Positions 19,769 to 29,360 of a stretch of 64,000 nt of DNA are shown piece after piece; the first letter of the stretch is position 1, and the number at the start of each line of letters is the position of its first letter. The stretch covers positions 11,905-75,904 of the forward strand of contig VHBP01000003.1 of NCBI GenBank assembly GCA_016871915.1, written 5' to 3'. Under the pieces are notes generated by a model. That model was not told the origin of the DNA and did no database searches. It saw only the letters and a program-made list of their open reading frames with translations. The position numbers and the translations under genes are program-made. Source of the DNA: Gemmatimonadota bacterium (GTDB lineage: Bacteria; Gemmatimonadota; Gemmatimonadetes; Gemmatimonadales; Gemmatimonadaceae).

Positions 19769-20520
19769 GCGGTCCCCACATGGATCGCCGCGATCCCGAA
19801 GGTGAGCGTCTCCCACGAGACGTCACGGAACCCCGCGTCGCGCATCGCCTGCGCGAGCGCCGTGGTCTCGGGGAAGTTCGCGACGGAGCGCGGCAGATAG
19901 GTGTATGCGGTGCGATGCCCACTCACCAACCGACCGATGCGTGGGAGCACATGATGGAAGTAGAACTGATACGCCGAGCGGATGCCTAGGAGTGTCGGCG
20001 TCGAGAACTCGAGGATGACGAAGCGCGCACCGGGCGTGAGCACGCGCCGCACCTCGCGAAGCCCCGCGCCGAGATCGGCGACGTTGCGGATCCCGAAGGC
20101 GACGATCGCCCCGTCGAAGGCCGCATCGCGCACGGGGAGGGCGAGCGCATCGGCGACGGCCGGCGCGAGCACCGCGGGCGACGCCTTCCCCACACCGGCG
20201 CGCAACATCGGCTCGGCGAAGTCCGCCGCCAAGATGCTTCCGGTGAATCCCTGCGTCCTGCTCAACTGCGTGCCGACGTCGAGTGTGCCCGCGCAGAGAT
20301 CGAGATAGGTCCCCGATGGCATGCGATCCCAGCCGAGCCGACGCAACGCCACCGTGCGCCATCGCCGATCGATCCCAAGGGAGAGCAACCGGTTGAGTAG
20401 ATCGTAGCTCGGCGCGATCTCGGAGAACATCCGGCGCACGTAGACGCGCTTCCCTTCCGGAGTCGCGTTCGCGGCGGCGGCCTCCGCTTCGTGGCGCTCG
20501 AGCTCGATGGTGGCTGACAT
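19765..20520 (-). CDS. menG: Demethylmenaquinone methyltransferase (UbiE/MenG)
   Basis: MFSEIAPSYDLLNRLLSLG, LDLCAGT, AFGIRNV, LTFGIAAIH. Confidence 0.92.
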   Translation of the reverse strand: MSATIELERHEAEAAAANATPEGKRVYVRRMFSEIAPSYDLLNRLLSLGIDRRWRTVALRRLGWDRMPSGTYLDLCAGTLDVGTQLSRTQGFTGSILAADFAEPMLRAGVGKASPAVLAPAVADALALPVRDAAFDGAIVAFGIRNVADLGAGLREVRRVLTPGARFVILEFSTPTLLGIRSAYQFYFHHVLPRIGRLVSGHRTAYTYLPRSVANFPETTALAQAMRDAGFRDVSWETLTFGIAAIHVGTA

Positions 20521-20594
20521 CGGTGAAAGTTGCCCGGGAGCGCCCCCGTGGGACAAGTTTGCCGCGCTCGTCTCCCAGGGCGATCCGCTCCCGC

Positions 20595-20621
20595 GAAACC
20601 TGCGGGAGGCCCCCGACGTAC
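20595..20621 (+). promoter_or_regulatory. Putative ECF (SigW-type) promoter: GAAAC-N17-CGTA upstream of the sigma gene
   Basis: GAAAC 20595-20599, 17-nt spacer, CGTA 20617-20620; duplicated at 21315-21342. Confidence 0.6.
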
Positions 20622-20660
20622 GAAGGGTGTCCAGCTCTGCCAACCTCCCCGCTTCTCGCG

Positions 20661-21284
20661 GTGCGCGCCGACCTCTCCGAGCTCCCCGATGTCGATCTGG
20701 TCCAGCTCGCGCTCGGTGGGCGCGACGCGGGGGCGCGCGCGCTCATCCAGCGCTATGAGCGGCCCGTCTTCTCCCTCGTGCTCCGGATGGTCGGGGACCG
20801 CGAAGTCGCCGAGGAGCTCGCGCAGGACACCTTCGTCCGGGCCCTGAACCGGCTCGACACCTACCGGACCGAGCTGAAGTTCTCGAGCTGGCTCTTCCGG
20901 ATCGCGAACAACGCCGCGATCGACCATCTCCGGCGGCGCGCCCCCGAGACGGTCTCGCTCGACGGTGACCGCGGGGCGGAAAGCCTTGAGGCGGCGGCCG
21001 AGGGGGCGATCCAGGTCGCCGCTGACGGCCCCTCCCCGCTCGAGGCGCTCGAGGCGAGCGAACTCGGGGCGACGATCGCCGAGGCGATCGCGCAGTTGCG
21101 CCCGGCCTACCGCGCCTGCGTGCAGCTCCGCTTCATCGAGGACCAGTCGTATGAGGCGATCGCCGAGGCGCTCGACCTCCCGATCGGGACGGTGAAGACC
21201 CATCTCCATAGGGCGAAGCTGGAGTTGCAGGCGTTGCTCCGCCCGTTGCGCCCCGGGGGATCCTCCCCGAGCGCCCCCCTGTGA
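20661..21284 (+). CDS. ECF RNA polymerase sigma factor (SigW/RpoE-like)
   Basis: Region 2 AEELAQDTF...KFSSWLFRIANN..IDHLRR; region 4 YEAIAEALDLPIGTVKTHLHRAK; GTG start assumed at 20661. Confidence 0.92.
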   Translation: MRADLSELPDVDLVQLALGGRDAGARALIQRYERPVFSLVLRMVGDREVAEELAQDTFVRALNRLDTYRTELKFSSWLFRIANNAAIDHLRRRAPETVSLDGDRGAESLEAAAEGAIQVAADGPSPLEALEASELGATIAEAIAQLRPAYRACVQLRFIEDQSYEAIAEALDLPIGTVKTHLHRAKLELQALLRPLRPGGSSPSAPL

Positions 21285-21331
21285 CCTGACCCCTGTCACC
21301 TGACACCTGTCCCCTGAAACCTGCCACCTGA
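21276..21331 (+). repeat. Eight tandem degenerate heptamers NNCCTGH (cccctgt gacctga cccctgt cacctga cacctgt cccctga aacctgc cacctga)
   Basis: Direct 7-nt periodicity spanning the sigma stop codon and the spacer. Confidence 0.85.
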
Positions 21332-21342
21332 TCCCCTCGTAC
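21315..21342 (+). promoter_or_regulatory. Putative ECF (SigW-type) promoter TGAAAC-N17-CGTA upstream of the anti-sigma candidate
   Basis: TGAAAC 21315-21320, CGTA 21338-21341; identical geometry and flanks to 20595-20621. Confidence 0.6.
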
Positions 21343-21356
21343 ACTGAGGTATCCCT

Positions 21357-21818
21357 GTGCACCCGAACCGTCCACTGACCGACTCCGCTCTCGAGGCGCT
21401 GCTCCGGACCCTCCCTCGCGAGGCCCCGACCATGGGGTTCGCCGATCGGGTGATGGCGCGGGTGCAGCGCCCCGCGGCGGTCACATTCCGACGTCGGATC
21501 CCGTGGCGCGCCCTCGTGGGGCTCGCCGCGCTCGATCTCGCCGTCGCGGCGGGGCTCCTCGTCTGGTTCGGGGATGATCTCCTGCATGGCGTCGGCGATC
21601 TCCTCCGTGGCGGCGCGAAGCTCGCCGTCGGGATCGGCTCGATCGATCCGGGCGCATCGCTCCGGGCCTTCACATACGACGCGATCGAAAACGTAGGCGC
21701 CGCCCTTCCCGGGGATGCCACGCTCGCGACCCCGTTGCTCATCGGCGCCGCTGGCGCCCTCCTGACCATCGCCTCCCTCGGCCGCCTCGCTCGCAGCGCG
21801 TCGGCCTCCTCCCGGTGA
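21357..21818 (+). CDS. Putative membrane-anchored anti-sigma factor
   Basis: Follows the ECF sigma; cytoplasmic LRTLPREAPTMGFADRVMARV segment, then two hydrophobic helices; no HxxxCxxC zinc motif. Confidence 0.6.
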   Translation: MHPNRPLTDSALEALLRTLPREAPTMGFADRVMARVQRPAAVTFRRRIPWRALVGLAALDLAVAAGLLVWFGDDLLHGVGDLLRGGAKLAVGIGSIDPGASLRAFTYDAIENVGAALPGDATLATPLLIGAAGALLTIASLGRLARSASASSR

Positions 21819-21825
21819 TCCGCCC

Positions 21826-22830
21826 ATGATCCTCCGCCTCCTTACCCTCCTCGCCCTCTGCGGGACCCTTGTCCCTGCGCCAAGCCAGGCGCAGGACAGC
21901 GCGAAAGCGAGCTCGCGCACTGCCGACTCCACCCGTCGCAAGATCGACTCGACCATCGTCAAGTTCCGTGTCGACACGGACCACGCCAGTCAGGTCGAGT
22001 GGGGTCAGGGGAGCGTCGCCCCGGGCGACACCGTCCGCGGCGACCTCGTGACCTTCTTCGGCGACACCGAGGTGCGTGGGGTGGTCCTCGGTGATGCCGT
22101 CGCCCTCTTCGGCGATCTCACCGTGCATGACGGCGCCTACGTGCAGGGCGATGCCGTCTCGGTCGGTGGCACGGTCCGTGTGCGCGGCGGCGAGGTCGGC
22201 GGGAACATCGTCACCGCGGCTGGGCGACATGTCGATGGCGATGATGCAGGGGAATCCGACGAGGGCGGCACCTTAATCATCGACCGCGACGAACCCCACA
22301 GCATCCTTGGTGCGCTCTTCGCGGTGTTCATCGCGATGGCGATGCTCTCCGTGACCGGGGTGATCGCCGCCGCGGTGATGCCGCACCGTATCGACGCCGT
22401 CGCGCGGCGACTCGAGGCGGGGGTCGGCCGCGCCTTCGCCGCCGGGCTGATCATCGAGCTCGGCTTCGTCCCGATCCTCCTGCTCGTGCTCTTCACCCTG
22501 ATCATCACGATCCTCGGGATCCTGCTCATCCCCTTCGCCGTCGTGGCGGTCCCGCTCCTCTATCTCGTACTTGGCGCGCTTGGCTGGTTCGCCACGGCGA
22601 CCCTCGTGGGGCGCGGGCTCACCGGGCGGGACGGCGCCGATCGCCCCGCGGTGATGCGGAGCTTGGCGGTTGGGACGGTGGTACTGCTCCTCCCCTTCGC
22701 GCTCGCGGCGCTCTTGCCCGGGTGGGGGGGCGGGTTAATCGCCTTGGCCGTCGGCGTGGTCTGGGTCGCGACGACGGCGGGGTTCGGGGCAGCGGTGTTG
22801 ACGCGCGGGGGACGCTCCCCCTCGCGCTGA
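21826..22830 (+). CDS. Bactofilin/polymer-forming beta-helix domain plus multi-TM membrane protein
   Basis: Signal peptide, repeats GDLVTFFGDTEVRGVVLGDAVALFGDLTV...GDAVSVGGTV..GGNIV, then about 5 TM helices. Confidence 0.7.
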   Translation: MILRLLTLLALCGTLVPAPSQAQDSAKASSRTADSTRRKIDSTIVKFRVDTDHASQVEWGQGSVAPGDTVRGDLVTFFGDTEVRGVVLGDAVALFGDLTVHDGAYVQGDAVSVGGTVRVRGGEVGGNIVTAAGRHVDGDDAGESDEGGTLIIDRDEPHSILGALFAVFIAMAMLSVTGVIAAAVMPHRIDAVARRLEAGVGRAFAAGLIIELGFVPILLLVLFTLIITILGILLIPFAVVAVPLLYLVLGALGWFATATLVGRGLTGRDGADRPAVMRSLAVGTVVLLLPFALAALLPGWGGGLIALAVGVVWVATTAGFGAAVLTRGGRSPSR

Positions 22831-22851
22831 CCCACGCAGCGGATCAGCGCG
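22823..22851. terminator. Inverted repeat between convergent genes (cgcgctga...tcagcgcg)
   Basis: 8-bp stem that includes both stop codons; no U-tract. Confidence 0.25.
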
Positions 22852-23989
22852 CGGGTGGGCGCAGCCCGAGCTGCTGGGCGATCGACGTCCCCACCGCGGT
22901 GAGTTTCTGTGCCGCATGGCTCTGCGGCTGCGAGGCGACGATCGGAGCCCCCGTATCGGCCCCCTCGAGCACCGGCGGATAGAGCGGGATCTGTCCGAGG
23001 AGGGGGACCTGCAGCTCCTTCGCCAGGCGATCGCCACCGCCCGAACCGAAGATCGCCATCGGCTTTCCCGTCTCCGGGGACTCGAAGTACGACATGTTCT
23101 CGACGATCCCAAGCACCGGGACCCCGACGCGACGGAACATCATCGCGCCGCGCAGCGCATCGCCGACCGCGACCTCTTGCGGGGTGGTGACGATCACCGC
23201 CCCCGCCACACTGGTCGCCTGGACGAGGGAGAGCTGAGCGTCACCGGTACCCGGGGGCATATCGACGAGCAGCAGGTCGAGTTCCCCCCACGCCACGTCA
23301 CGCAGGAACTGGGTGATGATCTTCATGACGATGGGACCGCGCCAGATGGCGGGTTGGTCCCGCTCGATCAGGAAGCCGAGGGAGATGACCTTCACCCCAT
23401 GCGCCTCGAGGGGCTGGATCTTCTCGTCCTTGACCGGAGGCGCCTCATCGACCCCCATCATCCGCGGGATGTTGGGCCCGTAGATGTCGGCGTCCATGAT
23501 CCCGACGCGATAGCCTGCCTTGGCGAGGGCGATCGCGAGGTTGGTGCAGACGGTGGACTTCCCCACCCCGCCCTTCCCCGACGAGACCGCGATGATGCGG
23601 CCGAGATTCGGGTAGGCGACCGGCGTCGGTGTGGCGGGGGGCTTGGGCGCGGCGGGGGGTTGCTCAGCGATCGGGAGGGCGCGGCCGGCGCGGCCGCTCG
23701 ACGCGGCTCCCGCAGCGGCAGACGGGGCGCTCCTGAAGCCGACCTGAGCGGCGTCCTTCACATCGACGCGCACCTCTGTCACCCCGTCCACGCGCTCGAG
23801 TGCCTGACGCACCTGTCGAGCGAGGGTGGGGTCATCCTGCGCGTCCAGCAACAGGGTGACACGCACCTTCCCCTCACGGGTTGCGGCGATATCACGGACC
23901 TGCTGCGTCTGGTAGAGTGAGGCCCCCGTGCGGGGGTTGGCGAGGGGAGCGAGCGCCTCGGAGAGGCGCGACTGCAGGGTCTCCGACAT
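22844..23989 (-). CDS. mrp: Mrp/NBP35 (ApbC) family P-loop ATPase
   Basis: N-terminal DUF59-like segment, SSGKGGVGKST, DADIYGPN, IWRGP, DMPPGTGD, VTTPQ, VENMS. Confidence 0.92.
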   Translation of the reverse strand: MSETLQSRLSEALAPLANPRTGASLYQTQQVRDIAATREGKVRVTLLLDAQDDPTLARQVRQALERVDGVTEVRVDVKDAAQVGFRSAPSAAAGAASSGRAGRALPIAEQPPAAPKPPATPTPVAYPNLGRIIAVSSGKGGVGKSTVCTNLAIALAKAGYRVGIMDADIYGPNIPRMMGVDEAPPVKDEKIQPLEAHGVKVISLGFLIERDQPAIWRGPIVMKIITQFLRDVAWGELDLLLVDMPPGTGDAQLSLVQATSVAGAVIVTTPQEVAVGDALRGAMMFRRVGVPVLGIVENMSYFESPETGKPMAIFGSGGGDRLAKELQVPLLGQIPLYPPVLEGADTGAPIVASQPQSHAAQKLTAVGTSIAQQLGLRPPAR

Positions 23990-23998
23990 CCCTGAAAA

Positions 23999-24311
23999 CT
24001 AGTACGAGGGGAAGTTGTTGGCCCAAGTGTTCTGGAAGGCGCGAAGCGCGCCGAGGGAGGTCATGGAGGAGGTGACGTTGCAGGAGTTGTAGCGCAATTT
24101 CGTGTTCCCAGCCAACTCATCGATGCCGAGGTCACTCTCCCCCACCGGGAGTCCAAGCTTCGCGTTGAGCCCCGTGGCGACGGCGCCCCGAACATCTTCG
24201 GTACCCCGCATCGTCAATTGGCTACCGACGATGATGACCCCGTCCCACGACGACCACGAGCACCTCGATCAGGGTGAAGCCCGGTCTGCGCGCGCGCCAT
24301 AGTCGCATCAT
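23999..24311 (-). pseudogene. Type IV pilin-like gene interrupted by a frameshift near 24242 (or an assembly indel)
   Basis: ATG 24311 overlaps the DHH stop. MMRLWRARRPG|FTLIEVLVVVVG prepilin motif, stop after 29 codons. The shifted frame continues GVIIVGSQLTMRG...FPSY to TAG 23999. Confidence 0.7.
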
Positions 24312-25345
24312 GCGTGTCCGTCCGCGAGGGCGCCAGTCTCGAGCCCATGCCGTGCCGCTCCCACCACCCGCTCCGGGACATCGGCCAAGCTCCCGCCGAC
24401 GAGCGCCCCGGAGGCACGCGCATGCCCGCCTCCCCCGAACTGCGCCGCCAGGGCATGGACGTTGACCCCCGCCATGCTGCGGAAGGAAACCTTCACCTGC
24501 CCCGTCGGAAGTTCCCGGAAGAGCAACGCCAAGCGCACCCCCGCGATCGACCGTGGGTGTTCGACGATCCCATCGAGATCCTCGCTCGTCGCCCCGTGCG
24601 CCTCGAGGAGTCCCTCGCGGATGCTCACCCAGGCGATCCCGTGCGTGAGATCGGTCTCCAGGGTGTCTAGCGCATCGCGCAACAGCTTCACCCGCCCGAG
24701 CGGGACACTCCCGTAGATCCGCGCGTACATCTGCTCGGGATTCACGCCGGCTTGGAGCAGCGCGGCGGCGACCATCAGGCAGCGCGGCGAGGTGTTGCCG
24801 AAGCGGAACCCCCCCGTGTCGGTGACGAGCGCGGTGTAGAGCGACTGTGCGATGGGCGTGGTGATGGTGAGCCCCAGCCCCTGTGCGAAGTCGAAGACCA
24901 GCTCCCCCGTGGCACAGGCCGAGGTGTCGCTCACCATCGTCGAGCCCGGCGGCTCCTCCCCGGGGAGATGGTGATCGATCACCAACGCATCCTGCGGGAG
25001 CCCGCGCACCGTGCTCGCCAGACTCCCCAGTCGCTTCACATCGCTGATGTCGAGGACGATCAGGCGATCGACCGTCGTGAGCGCGGCCGCGCCCTCGGCG
25101 GAGCGCTCCTCCACGTCGTCACCAAGCAACCAGCGGAACATCTCCGGCCAGGGGGTCGGGTTCACGATGATCGCGCGCACCCCCATCTGGCCCAAGAGCC
25201 GCGCGAGCGCGCTCTGCGAGCCACACCCATCGCCATCGGCGTTCACATGCGTCGAGAGCGCCACCGTCATCCCGGGGCGTAGCTCCGCCGCGAGCCGCGT
25301 GATCGCCTCGCGGCGGTTGGTCGGGACGGCGAGGAGATCGCTCAT
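24308..25345 (-). CDS. nrnA: DHH/DHHA1 phosphoesterase (NrnA-like oligoribonuclease/PAP phosphatase)
   Basis: HVNADGDG, VIDHH, LVTDTGGF, KVSFRS, GGGGHARASG. Confidence 0.88.
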   Translation of the reverse strand: MSDLLAVPTNRREAITRLAAELRPGMTVALSTHVNADGDGCGSQSALARLLGQMGVRAIIVNPTPWPEMFRWLLGDDVEERSAEGAAALTTVDRLIVLDISDVKRLGSLASTVRGLPQDALVIDHHLPGEEPPGSTMVSDTSACATGELVFDFAQGLGLTITTPIAQSLYTALVTDTGGFRFGNTSPRCLMVAAALLQAGVNPEQMYARIYGSVPLGRVKLLRDALDTLETDLTHGIAWVSIREGLLEAHGATSEDLDGIVEHPRSIAGVRLALLFRELPTGQVKVSFRSMAGVNVHALAAQFGGGGHARASGALVGGSLADVPERVVGAARHGLETGALADGHA

Positions 25346-25370
25346 CGGGCGTCGGTCCCTGGCGACGGGC

Positions 25371-26882
<1,512 letters not shown>

Positions 26883-27749
26883 TCAATAGATGTAGACGGG
26901 GGTCCCGACGTCGACGATCCGGAAGAGGGTCTCGATGTCCTCGTTTCGCATCCGGATGCAGCCATGGCTGACGCTCGTCCCGATGCTGCGGGGGTTATTG
27001 GTGCCGTGGATCCCGTAGCCGTCGCCGAGGTAGAGGCGGTTGTTTCCGAGGACCCCTTGGTACTGCCGCTGATTGGTCCCATAGGGGGGGATGATGACCC
27101 GCCCACCGACGATGATCTCGCGCCCGTCCCCCACGTCATACGGGATCTCGCGCCCCTGTGGGGTGCGCAAGACGACGTTGTTCCCCGACACGGCGACGAC
27201 CCCGTTCGCGGTGGGGATGGTCATCCCGCGCTCGAGGCGCGCGATCTTCAGTCGCTTCTGTCGTGCGACCTCGATGTAATGCCAATCGGGGGGGACCCAG
27301 AGGGGGTCGACGTCCTTCCGTTCGACCACGAGGCGTCCGCGGGGGGTCTCGAACTTCCAGCGGCGCCCCCCCGAGGTCTGTTCGAGGGTGCGCCCACTCC
27401 CACTCGCCACGCGGCTCTCGAAGAGCACCCGGTCCCCCTCGCGGAAGGAGATCCGGTTGTCGGCGAGGGCGATGACGAGATAGCGGCGCGCGGCGAGGGA
27501 GTCGCGCAGCCGGCGGGCATCCACGACGGCGACGATGGAATCTCGCACGGCCTGCTGCCGGGTTCGCGCGGCGCTCCACGCCGTGGAGTCGACGACGAGC
27601 TGGGCGCGTACCGCCTGCCGCGCGCGGAGCGCCTGGGTGAGATCATGGCCCGCCACGCCGACCCCGGCGCTCGCCAGCGCGGTCACGAGGAGAGCGGCGC
27701 CACGCAGGAGGTGCGTCCGGCGCTGGGAAGGCGGCACCTCAGTGGACAT
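26883..27749 (-). CDS. L,D-transpeptidase (YkuD family), membrane-anchored, with an insertion in the catalytic domain
   Basis: [23 protein letters not shown]...SVSHGCIRM (catalytic His/Cys), VGTPVYIY; start re-assigned to ATG 27749. Confidence 0.9.
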   Translation of the reverse strand: MSTEVPPSQRRTHLLRGAALLVTALASAGVGVAGHDLTQALRARQAVRAQLVVDSTAWSAARTRQQAVRDSIVAVVDARRLRDSLAARRYLVIALADNRISFREGDRVLFESRVASGSGRTLEQTSGGRRWKFETPRGRLVVERKDVDPLWVPPDWHYIEVARQKRLKIARLERGMTIPTANGVVAVSGNNVVLRTPQGREIPYDVGDGREIIVGGRVIIPPYGTNQRQYQGVLGNNRLYLGDGYGIHGTNNPRSIGTSVSHGCIRMRNEDIETLFRIVDVGTPVYIY

Positions 27750-28242
27750 ACGCGAGGTCCCCCACGCGGAGGACCGCCGTGAGCGCCGCGAAGTCGGCGC
27801 GACGCAGCAGGATCCCATCGGAGGCCGGCGTCGCTGGGTCGCCATCGATGCCTACGCGGCGCAGCGTCATCCCATCGGCGAGGACGATCGTCTCGCGGTC
27901 GATCCGTTCGATGGCGCGGATCCCCGGGGCGAGCTCCACCGCCACGGCGACCTCTCGCAGCCGTGCCTCACCGCGGCCGAGGAGCAGGCGCCCATCCTCA
28001 AGAATGAGCTCGAGGTAGGGTGCCGCCGAGGTGAACGGCGCCTCGCGGGCTCGCTCGAGCGCCAGACGGATCTGCTCGGCGCGCAGCGCCGCCTCGGCCG
28101 CGGACCGTTCAAGGGCGAAATCGGCCCGCGTCTCCTCGAGGCGATCGACCTCCGCCCGAAGCGACTCGGCCTGCCGCCACGCCACCCCACCGGCGGCCCC
28201 GAGCACCAGAGCGAGGATACCGAGGGCCAGGGGTCGCGTCAC
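27739..28242 (-). CDS. Membrane-anchored coiled-coil protein with a degenerate YkuD-like domain lacking catalytic His/Cys
   Basis: Colinear motif similarity to the adjacent L,D-transpeptidase (see findings). Confidence 0.6.
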   Translation of the reverse strand: MTRPLALGILALVLGAAGGVAWRQAESLRAEVDRLEETRADFALERSAAEAALRAEQIRLALERAREAPFTSAAPYLELILEDGRLLLGRGEARLREVAVAVELAPGIRAIERIDRETIVLADGMTLRRVGIDGDPATPASDGILLRRADFAALTAVLRVGDLAYVH

Positions 28243-29258
28243 GGGCGCGTGATCGACCGCAGATCGATGATGGGCGCCCCGGTCGGCTCGGATCGCCCAG
28301 TCCGCACCGTCCCAGTCAGGATGACCTTGCTCATCGCGCGGATCGACTTAGCCTCGGCGAGCAGGGTCGAGGGGACGGCGAAGTAGAGCACCGCGCTCTC
28401 CCCGCTGGGACCCAGCGCCAGGAGGTAGGGCTCGTCGGGACGGAATCCCTTGCGGAGGGGGTCGGCGTTCTGGAGGCCGACCACCTGCACGGCCCAGCGC
28501 ACGGTGCGGCCTACGTACCCACTCGGGTCGAGACGGAGATCGACGGCACGGAGCCCCGCTGAGTAGGTGGAGTCGGTCGGGGTGAGACGGGACTCCGGGA
28601 CCCACGCGTCGACTCGGACGCGGACCCACCCGCCGGCGCGGGCCGTCGGTTCGACGACGACGTCTTTATCGAGTGTGCCGATGCGGGTGGTGCCCGGCGC
28701 GAGGGCGAGCTCGAGGGGGGTGCTCACGCGAAGGGCGGTGCGTGAGGCGCCCGGCCCTTGGGGAAGCGGCGGGGGGGCCTCGAGGGCAGGCGCGGCGCCT
28801 GGCGACGGCATCTCGGCCCTCGACGCCTCGCGGGCTGGGGGGGGATCTGCCTCCGGTGCGGACTCGAAGGCGGAGCGACTCACCCACGCCGCGCGGCGAA
28901 TGCGCGCCCACCCCCCTTTCCGTTCGATGACGCGGATCCCCGCGCGCGGGGCGAAGACCGCGATGATCGGGGCGTTGGCCCGCGGTGCCGCACGAAGTCG
29001 GACGGTCCCCGCCCCGCCGATCGACTGCGGGAAGGTATCGAGGCGCCCCCCCACCCGATCGGCGTCGATCCACCCCTCGAGCGTCACGCGGACGTAGTTG
29101 CGCTGGATCGGGCCCTGGCGCCAGGTGGTTCGCGGCTCGAGGGTCGCGACGGTGGCCCCACCCGGGATCGCCCGCGCATCCGTGGCGCGGACCAGACGTC
29201 CCTGCGCGGTCGCAGGGCCCGCCACGAGGAGGAGGACGAGGGAACGAAGGAGTCGCAT
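28239..29258 (-). CDS. Exported protein with about 3 SH3b-like repeats and a C-terminal OB-fold-like domain
   Basis: Signal peptide; repeats ending YVRVTLEGWI, WARIRRAAWV, WVRVRVDAWV; Pro-rich linker. Confidence 0.6.
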   Translation of the reverse strand: MRLLRSLVLLLVAGPATAQGRLVRATDARAIPGGATVATLEPRTTWRQGPIQRNYVRVTLEGWIDADRVGGRLDTFPQSIGGAGTVRLRAAPRANAPIIAVFAPRAGIRVIERKGGWARIRRAAWVSRSAFESAPEADPPPAREASRAEMPSPGAAPALEAPPPLPQGPGASRTALRVSTPLELALAPGTTRIGTLDKDVVVEPTARAGGWVRVRVDAWVPESRLTPTDSTYSAGLRAVDLRLDPSGYVGRTVRWAVQVVGLQNADPLRKGFRPDEPYLLALGPSGESAVLYFAVPSTLLAEAKSIRAMSKVILTGTVRTGRSEPTGAPIIDLRSITRP

Positions 29259-29360
29259 CGCTGGTCGGAGGGACGTGGAGCGCGGTAGATTGCGCTCTTG
29301 CGCGACGTGCGCCCCGCTCGTCGCAAGATAACATCACCCTCTCGACTCGGTCGGGCCCTG

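Noticed and set aside
21276-21331. CRISPR or mobile-element interpretation of the repeat array
   Set aside because: The units are 7 nt, contiguous and spacer-less. There are no cas, transposase or integrase genes in the window.
23999-24217. 72-aa ORF as a stand-alone gene
   Set aside because: It is better explained as the 3' half of the frameshifted pilin. The TTG start is internal to a hydrophobic helix that continues upstream.
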